A stretch of 57,486 bases of DNA, counting the filler, from Sphacelaria rigidula (lineage: Eukaryota): the NCBI GenBank assembly GCA_964200075.2. It is 6 parts of 6 records of this genome, joined end to end, with 100 filler letters (N's around TTAATTAATTAA, not from the genome) between each part and the next. Parts side by side here need not be neighbours in the genome. Positions count along the whole stretch, not along the records: positions 19,199 to 28,697 come from CAXNAA020008353.1; positions 28,798 to 38,294 come from CAXNAA020008354.1; 4 more parts are not named here. One strand, given 5' to 3'. A model generated the notes under the pieces. That model saw nothing but the letters and a program-made list of their open reading frames with translations. It was not told the origin of the DNA and made no database searches. Both the position numbers and the translations under genes were made by a program. Every line of letters begins with the position of its first letter. Positions within the stretch are counted from its first letter, which is position 1. Positions 24,961 to 38,394 of the stretch are shown here, piece by piece.

Positions 24961-27900
24961 ACCTCAAATGATCAAACACAGTCAACCAGACCGGTTTATC
25001 GAGAAACATCCGGCCTGTGCGACGTCGCTTCAGCGGCGAATATCCTTTTCATGAACCACAGTCTTCGGGGAAAAAAACAAAAGGCAGAAGCATAAATGTC
25101 GATGAATCTAGCGCGACGCATCTACGTCGACCTCACCACCCGAGCTACGAAGCACTCATCCCCGACCCGTACGGAACCGAGGCAGAATTCTGGCGGTTGC
25201 ATACACCGGAAGGAAGACACACAGAGGGGCAAAAAAAGCCAAGAAAGCAAAGAAGGAAGACGGCACAAAAGATTTTGAAATCCGATCAACACCGCACAAT
25301 AGAGAGGAGATTTAAGATACAGAACAGGAGGCGCCTCATAACCACAGACCAGGGCCAGAATCCACGACACATGGGAAGAGTGAGGGATGCATATCTTCCA
25401 GTGTTCGCCCAATTTATCACACTGGTTCTTACTCCGGCGCAGAGCACCACACATCCGAACCCCCAGCAGTAGTCAGCCTCACGGTTCGCCGCCGCCCCTA
25501 ACACCACGCGTCGGCGCTGACATATGGAGTCAACATATTGACCAGGACAGCAGGGGGATATACGATTCACCATGACAGGCTGGTAGGAGGCGTCACCCCA
25601 TATCCGGCGGGCCAGATGGTCATGGATCCCAAGTGGGGTTTCACTCCCCCTCGCCCCCGTCGATTTATCGCAGAGTTGTTCAACCCCCAACACCAACAGA
25701 GTGAGGGCTTTCGGTTGATGCAACACCAACCGTCACGGCCCCCATCCCATAGCTACGTGGATGCGACTCGCCGAACACGCCACGGCGCTTCGCGCTTGGT
25801 GATTGAGTGCGAGCCTGATCTGGCGAATACCCGGCGTGCTCCGTCCCGACTTTTTGTAGGGATGCGAGGTCAATGGTCTTCTGACTATGACAGGCATGAT
25901 CATGAGTACACCCACCCACAGCGTGCGGCAGGCCTCGGTGAAACAGTCCCGTCGAGGTTCCTGCACCCTCCGGCAATACGCTCCAAGCGATTCCGTTGCC
26001 CCGAACGCCGCCTGCACAGCGGGACAACCATTGGAGCACATGGACGCGGTACAGACACGTTGGCCGCAATGAAACGTTATCGACAGCAAGAGCGCAGTCT
26101 GTAACGACGGGGGCGAGAGTCCACGGCTCTGAAGCGCGAACATTTTCCCTACATCGCCGAAGAGCTGCCGTGGATTACACACTGTATCAATATACCAGCA
26201 ATGCATATACCACGTGCGCCAGCCAAGAGTTCCTCCCGCGGGATTGACACTCATGTACGGCGTTTTTGTAGGAGATGGGAAATGAACTACGGACGCGAGA
26301 GTTACATTACCAATATGCGGCACATATCCACAGGGACGAAGGAGAGTGAAAAAGTAAGAAGTCACTGCGAATTCTCAATTCGACAACATACGAGTCATAT
26401 CGCGCGAGTCCAACACTATTGGCGAGTCCCGGTGGTGTGATTGTATGTACGACTGTCACGAGTGGGGTCGAGGAAACGTGGGTCCGCTTCCCAAATCGTT
26501 GTATATTTTCTCTCATGCATGCATCGAATCTTCCACCGTCGAAACCGTGAGTACATGAATAAACAGGAGGAATACTGAGTTTGTTCGACGAGAGTTGACG
26601 CGATGCGGAAGTGCTGGTCATCATCGAATGCGCGATTCCGAAATGCAAGGCGTGTATTGGGGAGAGATGGTTCGATCAGTTACAAAACTAGTACCGAGGA
26701 TAGTAGGGAGTTGCACATGCGACGAAAAAATCTTATTGGAAAGGAAAACAACAAAGGGGTTTGCTTCAGTCACGATCGTATCCCCTGTCATAGGCAAGGC
26801 AAAGGCGTCCGAGCAGGTGTCGAGGACGGCCTGACGTTGTGGTTCATGACTTGAGTGAGGAACGTTGAAGCCATTTCTCTTGTATGCCTAGTTATCCCTT
26901 CGGTGCGTTTGTTAGAACTGACAAGATGGTCGGGATGTTGGTTTTAGATCGCCTTCATTTCATTTTCGCGCTTCACGCGTGTCTGAGTACGGAGACATGG
27001 CGGAGTGGTGAACGCCCTTGAGCAAACTGGTGACGGGCGCGCAACACTGGGCCACCGGGTGGGATGCTTGTAAACAGCACAAATTCCAATGCGGCAGCTA
27101 CAAAATTTCGATTCGGAGTGTGACGGAGGGAAATTACGGCGCTGCTGCTGCGACAGGCGAAGCTGCCGCCGCCGAAGAAGTGGCGCAGGCTGCGCCGCTG
27201 CAACGTGAGACGCAGAGTGCGTAGCGCTGGCAGGACGACAAGCAACTGAAGCAAGTTCTGAAGGCGAGGAGTTAGGGAGTTAAAGTAGCCGTGCGCAAAG
27301 CCCATGGTGCTGTTCGGGTCTCAGTCGCAGACATCTCGCGTGGCGTGGAATCCCACTCTCAATACTTGAACATTACCCCCCAGTGCTCAGTGTGCAGAAT
27401 TGCCTCGCTTGAGGAGTTCCGTCCCGTGCATCAAATCATTTAAGGGTGTATGGGATGGGGTAAATATGGGGGTGTTCTCTCACCCGAATTTGTGTTGCCA
27501 TGGTCCGACCTCCAAACTCTATCCAGATAGAATTAGATCGATTAAGGTCTGGTACGATCGTCTTGCTCTGCCAAAAATGCAGGTATTGTCGAGTGCGATG
27601 CCAATTCTGTACACAACTTTTGGGTGCTTCGAGCACGATTATGAAAAGGAAACAGTTGTAGGGAACAAACACACTATCGAGAGCAACCTTGGTATTTCAT
27701 TCTGTACTGTCCCTTCGGTGCACTACTGTTCGAACACGGCATCTAAGCATATCCTCTTCGCAACGAAGTCATAAATCCTCTTTGACGGAGGCGTTCATTT
27801 CATGAAACGGCACTGCCAACGTGGAGTGTCATATGCAGATTCACGCGTTGATGAGATATTGTATAGGCGGTAAGAGGAACATCGCTAACCGAACGCTGCT

Positions 27901-28626
27901 GCTGCTGCTGACACATCATAGGCGTTCGTGGTAACTGAGGACCGGATTCATATATGGGGAGATGCTGAGGTCGAAATCGTGTATGATATTGCGACTACTG
28001 CCCGTAAAGGGCTGCGGTAAAAGTAGTAAACCGCGGACGCTGTAAAAACAGCAGTATAACCTTTAATTTCGACGTCAGTGCCTTCCCATGGATACCGCTC
28101 GGGCCAATTTCAAACGATACTCGTAGCCTGTTACATGAGGGTCTGGTTGTGAACAGGGTTCATAGTCGACCGTGCCTGAGACGACCGTCCCTGTTCCGAT
28201 CCTGTGGAGGTTGATCATTACTGCACCCGAATCAGCCCACCCCATTGACTTGTACACACAATGCCAAGAGTCGCCGGGACGAATCGGGCCTCATCATTGA
28301 CCTGTACAATCTCTAGTGTCGTGACACACATAATCATGCAACGGTGCCTGCCCATAGGTAGTGCGTAAATCTACGCGTTGTACGCGTGCACTACCTTGCG
28401 TGCAGAACTGTACATAGCGGCAGGTCGTCGACCTTCCACGCCGCGCTTGCGAGTACAAGTCATAAAATCCGAGGAGCATATCCCTCCACCTGCGCAGCAT
28501 CAGGCGGCGACAGGACATTTTCTTTGTTCAGACATGCAGCTCGCTGCCGATATATATGCCAATATGCCGCACGCGCTTAATGTCCTCTGCCATACCGTCC
28601 CCTTGTTTACTGTGGCGCATGGTATA

Positions 28627-28697
28627 GCCGGTCGCCCCGGTGGCTCAGTTGGTAACCTCGTAACCTTCTGATGGTTGAGTTGGGGGGTTCGATTCCC
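28627..28697 (+). mobile_element. SINE tRNA-like head, cut by scaffold end
   Basis: A box TGGCTCAGTTGG and B box GGTTCGATTCCC. Confidence 0.8.
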
Positions 28698-28797
28698 NNN
28701 NNNNNNNNNNNNNNNNNNNNNNNNNNNNNNNNNNNNNNNNNTTAATTAATTAANNNNNNNNNNNNNNNNNNNNNNNNNNNNNNNNNNNNNNNNNNNN
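28698..28797. other. Artificial scaffold linker
   Basis: N44-TTAATTAATTAA-N44. Confidence 0.98.
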
Positions 28798-30548
28798 TAT
28801 AACCCTTGGGCTAGTAGCCCGACAAGGCCGGGACGGAGCACGCCGGGGTTTTCGCCGGACCAGGCTCGCACTCAATCACCAAGCGCGAAGCGCCGTGGTG
28901 TTCGGCGAGTCGCATGAAAGGTGAGCTGCATCCTGCTAGGATTGTTCTGCCCTAAGCCTACTGATTTTCTTGCACGGATGGCAGCCTGCAATGAGTTGCT
29001 TCATTTTCTGGTGTTGCCACTTCCAGAGACAGCCACGGCTCATACACCGCCTCATGTATGTCTGATCATTCGAACAATAAGTAGTACGATCATCTCTATT
29101 GTGCGGAGTTGAGGTTCTCCCGCGTCGCACAACATGATCTTGCTCGACTACCATCATGGCTACCGCAATAAAAAACACAAGCGCGCCAAAAAAACCCCGG
29201 TAACCTGGTTGCCTAGCTCACGCAGTGAGTGGCGTGTTTTATAGCGTCATCGCCAACCAACGCCAACCCCACCGGGGCTCCACCCCTACAAAGCCGGAAC
29301 GGAGCACGCCAAGTTCTCGCCGGACCAGGCTAACCCAACGTGGTCGTCGAGCCTCCCCTGACTCTCTCGCCCCGCCCCCTCTCCATCTCGAATTCGAGAA
29401 CTATTGAACAGATGTCGAACTCGAGATGCGGAGAAACAGGGAGAAGAAGCATTAAAAAAAGAAGGCGACGGGTATTATCCCGTCTGGGGCAGCGAGCGGG
29501 ACAAGACGGTGTGCGATCACCACGGTCGTCGTCGCCTGTTAATGACAATCGGCCTCGATCCCCGTCTCACCCTGCACCCGCCGCCGCGACGGAAACATAA
29601 TGGAGGGGGTGATGCGGATATCTTGCAAAACAAAAGTGGTGAGCTGGCGCACTTGTTCGTCGAGTACCATATCATATTCTGCTCAATTGTTTTTGCCGCC
29701 AAGGGTCCATATCTTCCCACTCGAACAGCTAGGAAAAGATCCGTATGTTATTATTTTGGAAACAAAATATTCCCCACATGACCCGAACACTCCCGAGAAG
29801 AGGCCTGCCCACATGGCTCGATGTTAAAAGGGTCAGATAACCCATGCAACATGAAAAAGTCGTCCCATATGCATTTCAAATATCATCCGACAATTTAGTA
29901 TCTACTGAACTTAGACACCCTACAAAGTCTAGATATGCTCGAGGGGTGCGCACGCAAAGGCGTTGCGAAACCTTGGATGTCCGCTCGGTCTGACTGTGGT
30001 GTACGTTGGACTCCCTTGGTTATGAGACCATCGGCCACTCAGATTGAAGAAAGGATGCATTGCTATCGCCGGGCTAATCACCGACGGCGAACGGTTCAAT
30101 TCGACGTTCGGCCTTGGGTTAGCGGTGGGCTGTCGTTTGGTGGAACCGAGTCTTGGGCGTTGTTGCTGCATCGCGTGGTTATGATGTGGTAGGGTACCAT
30201 CGAGATGCGGCGCCAGTCCAAAATAATGCGGACTTGAAAGAATGGCATTACCGTAACAACACACTGATCGGGAAACATATTCGGTGTAGCAGCTGAGAGC
30301 CCGTGCTGCACACCATCAGCGGCAACCTCTCATCATGGTAATATATCGGAAAAACGAGAAAAGAGTACATTGTCAACACATGCCTAGCATTTCTCAAGGA
30401 AACAGCCGACGTTTCAAATCATCTTCCTGCGGCAATCTGCTATACATGTCCTGCCCCACTGAGTGTATGAGCGTTTCGATGTGTCTACGGCGCAAATATT
30501 GTGCATCGCAAACCGTGCCTGCCTTCCCGTCCCGCAAAAGCGACTCAC

Positions 30549-31147
30549 CTTCTCCCAGCTACCGCACTTCGCGTACACGTTGACTGCCGCGTTGCAAGCG
30601 ATGAGTCCATCAACTTGGTCATTCTCCATTATTTCTTCCAATAAACTATCCGCCAATTTTGCATTCTTCGTCTTCGCGGCCTGTTTCAGCCGGCCCATGA
30701 TGAATTTAACCTTCGTCGCGCTTGTCATCGTCCCGCCGGTCCCAGAAACGCCTCCCGAACCCGGTCCGGTTTTGGGTTGGATATTGGTTCTATTTTTGGT
30801 CTCAATATCGGTCACGGTTTCGGTCCTGGAACAAGAACCGGTGACGAAACGGAACCTTCGCGGGGACACAATCTCGGTAGACCTCTTTGACGTCATCATC
30901 TTCGTCGACTCATTTCCGGTGATCACTCCACTTGTGGCAATATTTGCACTCTCAAAGTCCATAGCTGTCCACCCACCACCGCCCGCAGTACGCGTAGAGC
31001 TACTGCTCGAAACAGTCCATCTGTGCCCTCTATTCCTTCCCGCGGCATCTAGATTAACTGGGATTTTGCCTGCTGAGGCATCGTCGTTGGCACGGACCGG
31101 GTTTGCACAGGCCCGCCTGTTGGCCCGCAGGGTCCTTGTGCCATCCT
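30549..31147 (-). CDS. Pentatricopeptide-repeat (PPR) protein exon
   Basis: On the minus strand: CTGAT branch-like site, CCCCAG acceptor and AAG|GTGAGT donor. Ends in LADSLLEEIMENDQVDGLIACNAAVNVYAKCGSWEK, a PPR helix pattern (N..I..Y.K.G..E). The acceptor position is less certain than the donor. Confidence 0.72.
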
Positions 31148-33789
31148 CTGGGGTGTATTGTACATATATGATCAGCGGGAGTGGCCATGCAAGCCAGAGA
31201 AGTTTCAAGAACAACGGCAGTATATTTATTGGGTGTGCAGGGTGGGCGTCTGTTGGGAAAAAAAAAAAAACACAGACAATGGACGCATTTCACACGCGCA
31301 CCCGGCAAAACCCCCCCAAAAAAGTGAGAACAAGCAGGTTGCGACAGTAGTGATCCAATGCTCGAGAACAACGTACACCAGTACCGGCGGAGAAGGGAGG
31401 TCGATCTCTGTTAAACTGCGGACTCGCTACGAGGAAGGGTTTGTGCAATGCCGAGAGCGCCGCTCGAGTACCATCAGAGCGACCCGCACAGCAGCAATTT
31501 TAGGTTGCTGCGCGGTGTCAAGCGCTTGGCTGTCAGACGTCCCCGTCGTCATGATGATCGTCGTTCTCTGCCTCTTCTCTTGTTCGCCCCAACTCTCACT
31601 TGGCGTCTGGAAATACAGTAGCTACCTTTCTCCCTTCGTGCCTTGGCCTTTTGTTGTTGCTGTTTGCTTTTCCGCGGACCGTTTGAACGCTTCCGTCTTG
31701 TTACGTCTTCGGCGTTTTCGGCTTCTAGTGCTAGGGGTGAGTGGCGCGGCGACCGAATGGCTGATTAAGGCCGCTGTACTCGCGGAGGTGGTCTCCGTGT
31801 GGGAGTCTCCTCTGCGAAGCGAGAGTCATTGCGGATGGCTGCCTGCGGGCTGTTGATACTCGCCACCATCTCTTCGGGTGGTGGTTGATTCCGCCGTTCT
31901 TCTTATTGTGCGTGTATCTTGATTTTTTTGCCGAAATGCCGTGAACAAAACTCGAGTAAGTGACGCACCGGTGCTCGTCACCGTCGACACATCACATCTT
32001 GTACGTGCCCTCGGGGGTCTACCAACGCGTCGTTGTGCTCAGGGCTGGCTATCGTAGTCCCGCTACCGAAGGCACTCACTACGCGAGGCGCATTTCCTTT
32101 TTTGTTGCTGAGGATAGGGAATGGGCCGTGAGTCTAGTCGTGGACAAGTTCGCAGCGTGCGTCCAGTAGCCACGGTGGCTCTGTTTCGCTGAGCCCTCTG
32201 CGCAATGACTTACCGACTACTCAGGGTACGGGAGATTCGTCCGTAACAGATGCAAGTACCTCGGAGCCGCTCGTTCATGTGACTATTGTAGCGAGTGTGA
32301 GACGGTCATGGGTCCTCGACAGTCTCTTGTGGCGATCTACCTCTTATCAAGGGTAGTATCCAAATTCCCCAGTGTCCCGACAATTAATGACCCGAGGTCC
32401 CGAAGACTGGGAGTGAGATTACATCGTGCCTGCCTTGTGTTAACACGCGGTGGCACAGCACCCCGACTCGTCTGCACCCCATGGAATCGATATCCGCCTA
32501 CTTTTCCAGAGCAATTTTCTCCCTTCACAGATGAACTTACGGCATGCCCACTTTTCCCGCTCAATTCTTCGAACACACGTTCCAATTCGGCACTGGACCG
32601 TCACCCCGGCACACCGTAGGGTCATTCTTAAAATTCACCTCATGGACCGCAGGGCGCAGGGCGCACGGTCCGTATTCTATCCGCAAATGGTGCAACGGCG
32701 GCGCTATAGCTTTGAAAATGGAGACTGCTGCCGAGATTGCCCCTCTCCGAACCGGCCAAAAACGTGCACGGAGGCGAATATCACAAAATGCCGTAAGAGC
32801 TGATTTCGTGCTGCACGACGCGACCCATTCGGGCATTATAGCTGATTTCGGACTGCTACACGCCTCTCATGTGGGCGAATTTGCTGCAAACGAGCCCAAT
32901 AGTAGGATCGCAGCCGGTTTGTCGGGCGATTTCCGGTGCACTTTGTGTGAGTGGGCTATTTCGGCATTAGTCTAAAAAGGAATCTTAACTGCGTACCTAC
33001 TTGTGAAAAAGGAGTGAAGCGCTTTAACCAGGACGGTGAATTCAAGCCGTTGCTGATGCGATCGCTACATACACCATTTCTGCAGCGGTGGTTAGGGTAG
33101 GATACCGTGCCCCGGTTACCCTGGGTTCTCGGAGTACTTCCAGTACTCAGCACCACAGCGCAACTGGGGTATCAATTGCAAAAAAACGCCATTTTTTACG
33201 ATACCTTGAAAAACACGTCATATTCCAGGGTACCTGTGGTATGGATACATTTACCCCAGCATTCCCTGCCCTATACCGCACGCCACTCCAACACACGAAT
33301 ACGGGAGAGGCCCTGCGTTTATATACCTGCTTCTGTTGAGATCAATCGAGCATACTGACAAGTGCCGAGGCCCGACGTCGTGGGTGATGTCGTTGCGGTC
33401 GATAATGGTGAGGTCGTTGCCACCGTCACCTTCACCGTGCGAGGAAAGCGGTGCAAGCGTCGGCGGATGGTACCAGCAGACCGCAGCTGGTAGGACATAC
33501 CGTCAACGCCTCCGGTAGTAAAAAAAAGCAAAAAAAAAACAGCCAGTGCAAAATAATATGCATGAGGGTTGCGCAGTATGACAATTATTTCACGGTACGG
33601 ACGAATCAGAGTTTATACGGGTTGACTCCCCATGAATATTGAATGCGAATCATCTATCAAAGAATCATCTGGTATCAATCACGGATGGTGAAGTTGAATG
33701 TTCAAGGCCGTACCACACCAATCACGAACTGGTAATGCGTACATTCCAAGTAGCAACAGACTAATCTAGAGAGAGGAAGATGTACGAAT

Positions 33790-35690
33790 CACAATTCCTG
33801 CATGAATGATGTGTGGGAAACATGTACGTATGATTCTCGAATGAATCGAAGGTGGGGAACATGCACGTATGATCCATGCTGCATGTACAGAAAATAGGTA
33901 TCATGTCCGCTCGATTCACCTCTTATGGATCGAAGGCGGAGAGTATGTACATATGATTCATGCTGCATGAACAGAAATCGGGAACTACGTACCTGCCAAT
34001 CGAAGAATCCTGTCTCCTCATATCGGTTGTAGATTATGTCCTTAGTCGGTGGCTCCGTGGTGCCCACTAGTGTGTGTCTGTATCTACTGTGTGATTTTCC
34101 CTTCTTTTTTTTTTTCTTCTTTTCCTCGTTGTTCCTTTTTTTTAGACCGGCCATTTCTTTCTGTGCTTTGCTTTTCTTGACTTTTTTTTCATTTTTTTTC
34201 ACGTCCTAGTCTACCATGTCGTTCTGTTCGACGTTTGATCTTCCTTCTTTTTCTTCAGCGAGTGTTTCAGTTTTGATTTGTCTTGGGTGCGCCCATCATA
34301 TGACCACGGCTGGATCCCTGGAGGGTCAGTTAACGTGCGACAATCAATCAATCAATCAAAGTAATTCATCTCGTATGAATGGAAGGTGAGGAACGTGTGC
34401 CTATGATTCATGCTCCATGGATGAAAGGGGAGATACATGTACGCTTGAATCACCTCGTATAAATGGAAGGTGGAAAACAAGTATCTATGATTCATTCTCA
34501 CGAACGCACGGTGGGAAACATGTACATGAATTACATGATTCATGCTGTATGAATCAAAGAGGAGAAATAAAGCATGTACCAATGATTCATGTGCTGCATG
34601 AATGGAAGGTTTCGTACTACTGTTGTCTGTTGTCCGCTGTCCAAATCTGTACAGTACTATGCTGTGCTGTACTGTACTCTCCGTTAACTGCAGTGGGCGC
34701 CGCCGGGGTGTTTCCAAAACTCACGCTAACATGCGGGGACGACGTTTGCATTACTGATGCTATCTGAAGCTGTCTTTGCACTGTTCGATATATTCAGACC
34801 AACTGTACCGCAGAACAAAACATGAACATCAGAAAGGCCGCCAATAGCTCAGCTCGGGAAAATAAACAGTTAGAATAATCTCTCTAGGCGCGCAGATACG
34901 TGCTATGCCATGCTGTACCGTACTGTCTGCGGACTGCAGTGTACACTGCCAGAGATTTCCCGAAAAATCCCGCGAGCATGCGAGGACGACTCGTGCTGGT
35001 GCTGTGTTCTTCGCAAGTGCTCGTGGTATTGTATACAGTATGTTCGGGACAACTGTACCACAGAACACAACATGAAACCACAAAGGCTATCGATAGCGTA
35101 GCTCGGGGGACACTGGCTAAAACAATGTTCTGGGCACGCTGACGCATGTGTTGTACTATACTTGATGTGTTATGTACAAAATTTGACATCGGGGTTATTG
35201 CGGATTCGGCTCTTGAGGGGTTCGCGACCTGTATGCTCTTATTTGCGTAGCCCACCGACAAAAAAAGGCCGCGACACTGAACAGTCGCGCCCCATGAATA
35301 GACCGTTAGGAAACAACATGTTCTCATTATTTACATCATGTGAACAGAAGGTGGGGGGCATGCACGTATGATTCATGCTGAATGGATGGAAATTGGGGAA
35401 CATTTACATACGCTTGATTCACCTCGAATGGATGGGAGATCGGAAACATGTACGTATGATTCATCCCGCACGAACGGAAATGGGGAACCATGAACGCTTG
35501 ATTCATCTCGTATGAACGGAAAATGGAGAACGTCCACCTATATTTGACGCTGAATGAACGGAAATTGGGTGAATCGTACCTATGAGCCACACCATAAGAA
35601 TGGAAAGTGGGAAACGTGTACCTTCGACGGTGTGCCGTACGAATCATATGATTGATTCATTTAAATGTCGACTATGAGTCGAAACACGAT
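33790..35690. repeat. Diverged ~42-bp minisatellite in three blocks (33790-33995, 34360-34615, 35335-35690)
   Basis: Unit approximates ATGAAtgGAAGGTGGGGAACATGTACGTATGATTCA plus TGCTGC or CCTCG, about 18 units. Confidence 0.8.
34142..34358 (+). mobile_element. Non-LTR 3' end with (TCAA)n tail inserted in the minisatellite
   Basis: GACCACGGCTGGATCCCTGGAGGGTCAGTTAACGTGCGACAATCAATCAATCAATCAA. Confidence 0.72.
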
Positions 35691-38294
35691 TTCATTCGTC
35701 CGAACCGTGAGTCATTTTCATTTTGGTCTCTTGGCTATTATTTCCAGCTCACTGTTGGCTGGTTTTCCCTTTGCTCTTGTACTTCTCTCGACTTTTCTCG
35801 AGTTTTTCCTTCGGCAAATAATTCTGTCTATTCACCCTCGGCACGTCTACCCCGCTACCACGGGTGGACTCATAGCAGTTAAACTCATGTGCAGCGATCA
35901 GTCATGATCCAATTGTGTTTCAGTCCAACGCTGCTGCAGTTGCCCAAACCGACCTGCTTGTGGGTCTCTTTCAAGGGTGGGACGAGTAATGATCCGTCTG
36001 AAGATCAGTTGTTTTTAGTGTGACTGATTCCTACGGTACGAATTAATCCTTGGGCTTTGTTTTTAACGTCACACTCCAGGTACGCACACCCCAGGCAAGT
36101 GATATACCTCAACATTTGCGTACCGTGAAAAAGAAATTCTACCCGAGGTCAACTCGTTTCTCTCTTCCGAGCAATCAGGCCTCATATATCGTATATTTGG
36201 TCATTCGAACCAGCGAATATTGGTTCGACCCGTGGTCTCTTTGTCACCAATTTTGACAGATGCGAACTGCTACAAGGCAACAGGGGAAAACATCGTTGCA
36301 AGGCGATGGCGACACCCACCCCTTCGGGAAAGTGAACACACTAGAGTGATACCCGCGTCATGGTGCGTTTTTCCACAGCAAAATTCAACGCAGCGTAGCA
36401 CACGTGCGATCACGAGTGATGTACCAGCCCACACAGCACATACCAACGTTTCAGCTGCAAGCCTCCTCTCGGAAGGGTACAATGGTTGGCAGCCCCATGC
36501 GTGGACAAGGGGAGCGGGGGATATCATTCAACGGGGGGGAGGATGACACGTTTCGAGGAATGTCGAAAAGCTCAGCAACCCAAAAAAGTGATGGAAGACC
36601 AATGAGGTGACTATGGTTTGCCGTGGAAACGAACGCAGAGTGAATAAATACGTGTGCCGAAACACACTGAATAACAGGGAAGAAACACTCGACACTCCAC
36701 TTCTGGTATTCAGAGATCGAGCTGTACTACAACTCGCGCAGGCGGCCAGACAAAAACATTAACACAAGGACAACCAACCGTCGCTTTTCATATATGCACA
36801 TACGAATAGTCGGGAAAATAAACAGGATACTGGCGACCAGCGGGGTGCCGCGGAAGCTAGCAGGGCAGAAGAGGAATAGCGCCCCGAGCACTTTTCAGCT
36901 GGCCGTCCTGCTGCCACCGCAGCAGTGGCAGCTCCCTACTCGCAGCTGCGTATTGTGCAAATCAGACTGCTGCGTAGCAGCATACACAAGTTTTTTTTCA
37001 CATCGCGCCAAGAGCGTTCGTATCTAGCCGACTCCAACCAGCTGGAACGAAGTCCGTACCCCTCTGACAGTGTGGGCACAACGCGGTAGTAATGCATGTA
37101 CATCACCACGCACAGAGTAGACAAGGATACGGGCAGGTACTGCCCACATTACACTGTCGAAAGATACCTGGCGGTTAATGGCTATTTGCGGATATATGGT
37201 GAATTCTGACGCGGCCTCATGTGAAAAAATCTTCTTGAAAATAGTCTTGATCGGGTCGTCTTGGATGAAAAAATCTATTTCCATGGCTTCGATTTCATTG
37301 GATTGCCTTTGCCCAACAAAAATTACGCTCACCAAAAAAGATCATTTTTCGAAATTCTTTTCAAGCAGGACTATTTTACCGCGCACTTGACAATTATTTT
37401 TGCTTGGATGGGTTACCGTTGGTCGTGAGGTTTTGTCGTGCACGAGTCTTTCAGGGAGGGGGCCTTACCCCAGCTCGGCGCAAATGAAGATGGTTTACAC
37501 ACACGTTGCTTTTGTCGAACCATAAGGCTAAATCTAACTCTAGCCCAAAGCAGAGCGAGAACCCCCGGGCCAGGAGGTGAACAAAGTGCTCATAGAGAAA
37601 GTGTGCGTTGCTTTGGGTCAAACCAGCACGAGACATGGACTTGAGCTGGACGCGCTGCGCTCACGCCGGGTGAGCGTTCAAGGCGGTGAGCCGCGTGAAG
37701 ATCCGAATGTTCGTGTAAGCTGGATATCTCGTGTCGAAATGTACGATGAAGAGGATCTACGAAGTGAGTAGAGACGAGACGTGTGGTGTTTTGATTCGGT
37801 ACACGTGTGAAGGTTTTTCACCGCTTTCGGCATGTCTGAGGGCATACGTGCACACGTAACAGGGTGGAGCCGAGCCCGTGGCTTCCCCACCCCCTCGCTC
37901 TCCGCTCAGCAACCCCAGCTAACTGCGCCACTATCATGGACTACTTGATCAACTCTCCACGGGTGCACGAACCAACGAACATACGAGCTGGGCCAGCTTA
38001 AAAGCTGCTAAAACTTGCTCAAACCACAGCTTCCCCAGTTTCCCGAATGAACCCGATGTAAGCATAACACTGTAAAGTGTAGACCAACCTGGTGACACAC
38101 GGCACCGCCGCTGAATGAAAAAAAATATATGAAAAAAACTGTACTGCATAATGTATAATTTTAACGACGGACGAAAAAAAAAAAGATAATCTGTCGGGAT
38201 TCGAACTCATGACCTTCATAATTGGAGTCTCCCATCACTTGATTTATAGGGGTGCAGCAGCGTCACGGAAAATGATGAACGCACGGCCCAATTC

Positions 38295-38394
38295 NNNNNN
38301 NNNNNNNNNNNNNNNNNNNNNNNNNNNNNNNNNNNNNNTTAATTAATTAANNNNNNNNNNNNNNNNNNNNNNNNNNNNNNNNNNNNNNNNNNNN
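38295..38394. other. Artificial scaffold linker
   Basis: N44-TTAATTAATTAA-N44. Confidence 0.98.

Noticed and set aside
28627..28697. tRNA gene
   Set aside because: A and B boxes are present but no anticodon arm or acceptor stem is evident, and the same head leads into a SINE body elsewhere.
520..31147. Functional cluster of PP2C, IspE and PPR genes
   Set aside because: The genes lie on different scaffolds joined by artificial linkers.
30463..31350. 295-aa + strand ORF
   Set aside because: Antisense shadow of the PPR exon. The splice signals and motif are on the minus strand.
33790..35690. CRISPR-like array
   Set aside because: Whole units are similar to each other, with no constant repeat plus unique spacer and no cas genes.
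37178..37390. KIVLIGSS resembling a Rab GTPase P-loop
   Set aside because: The GxGKT/S residues and other G motifs are absent.
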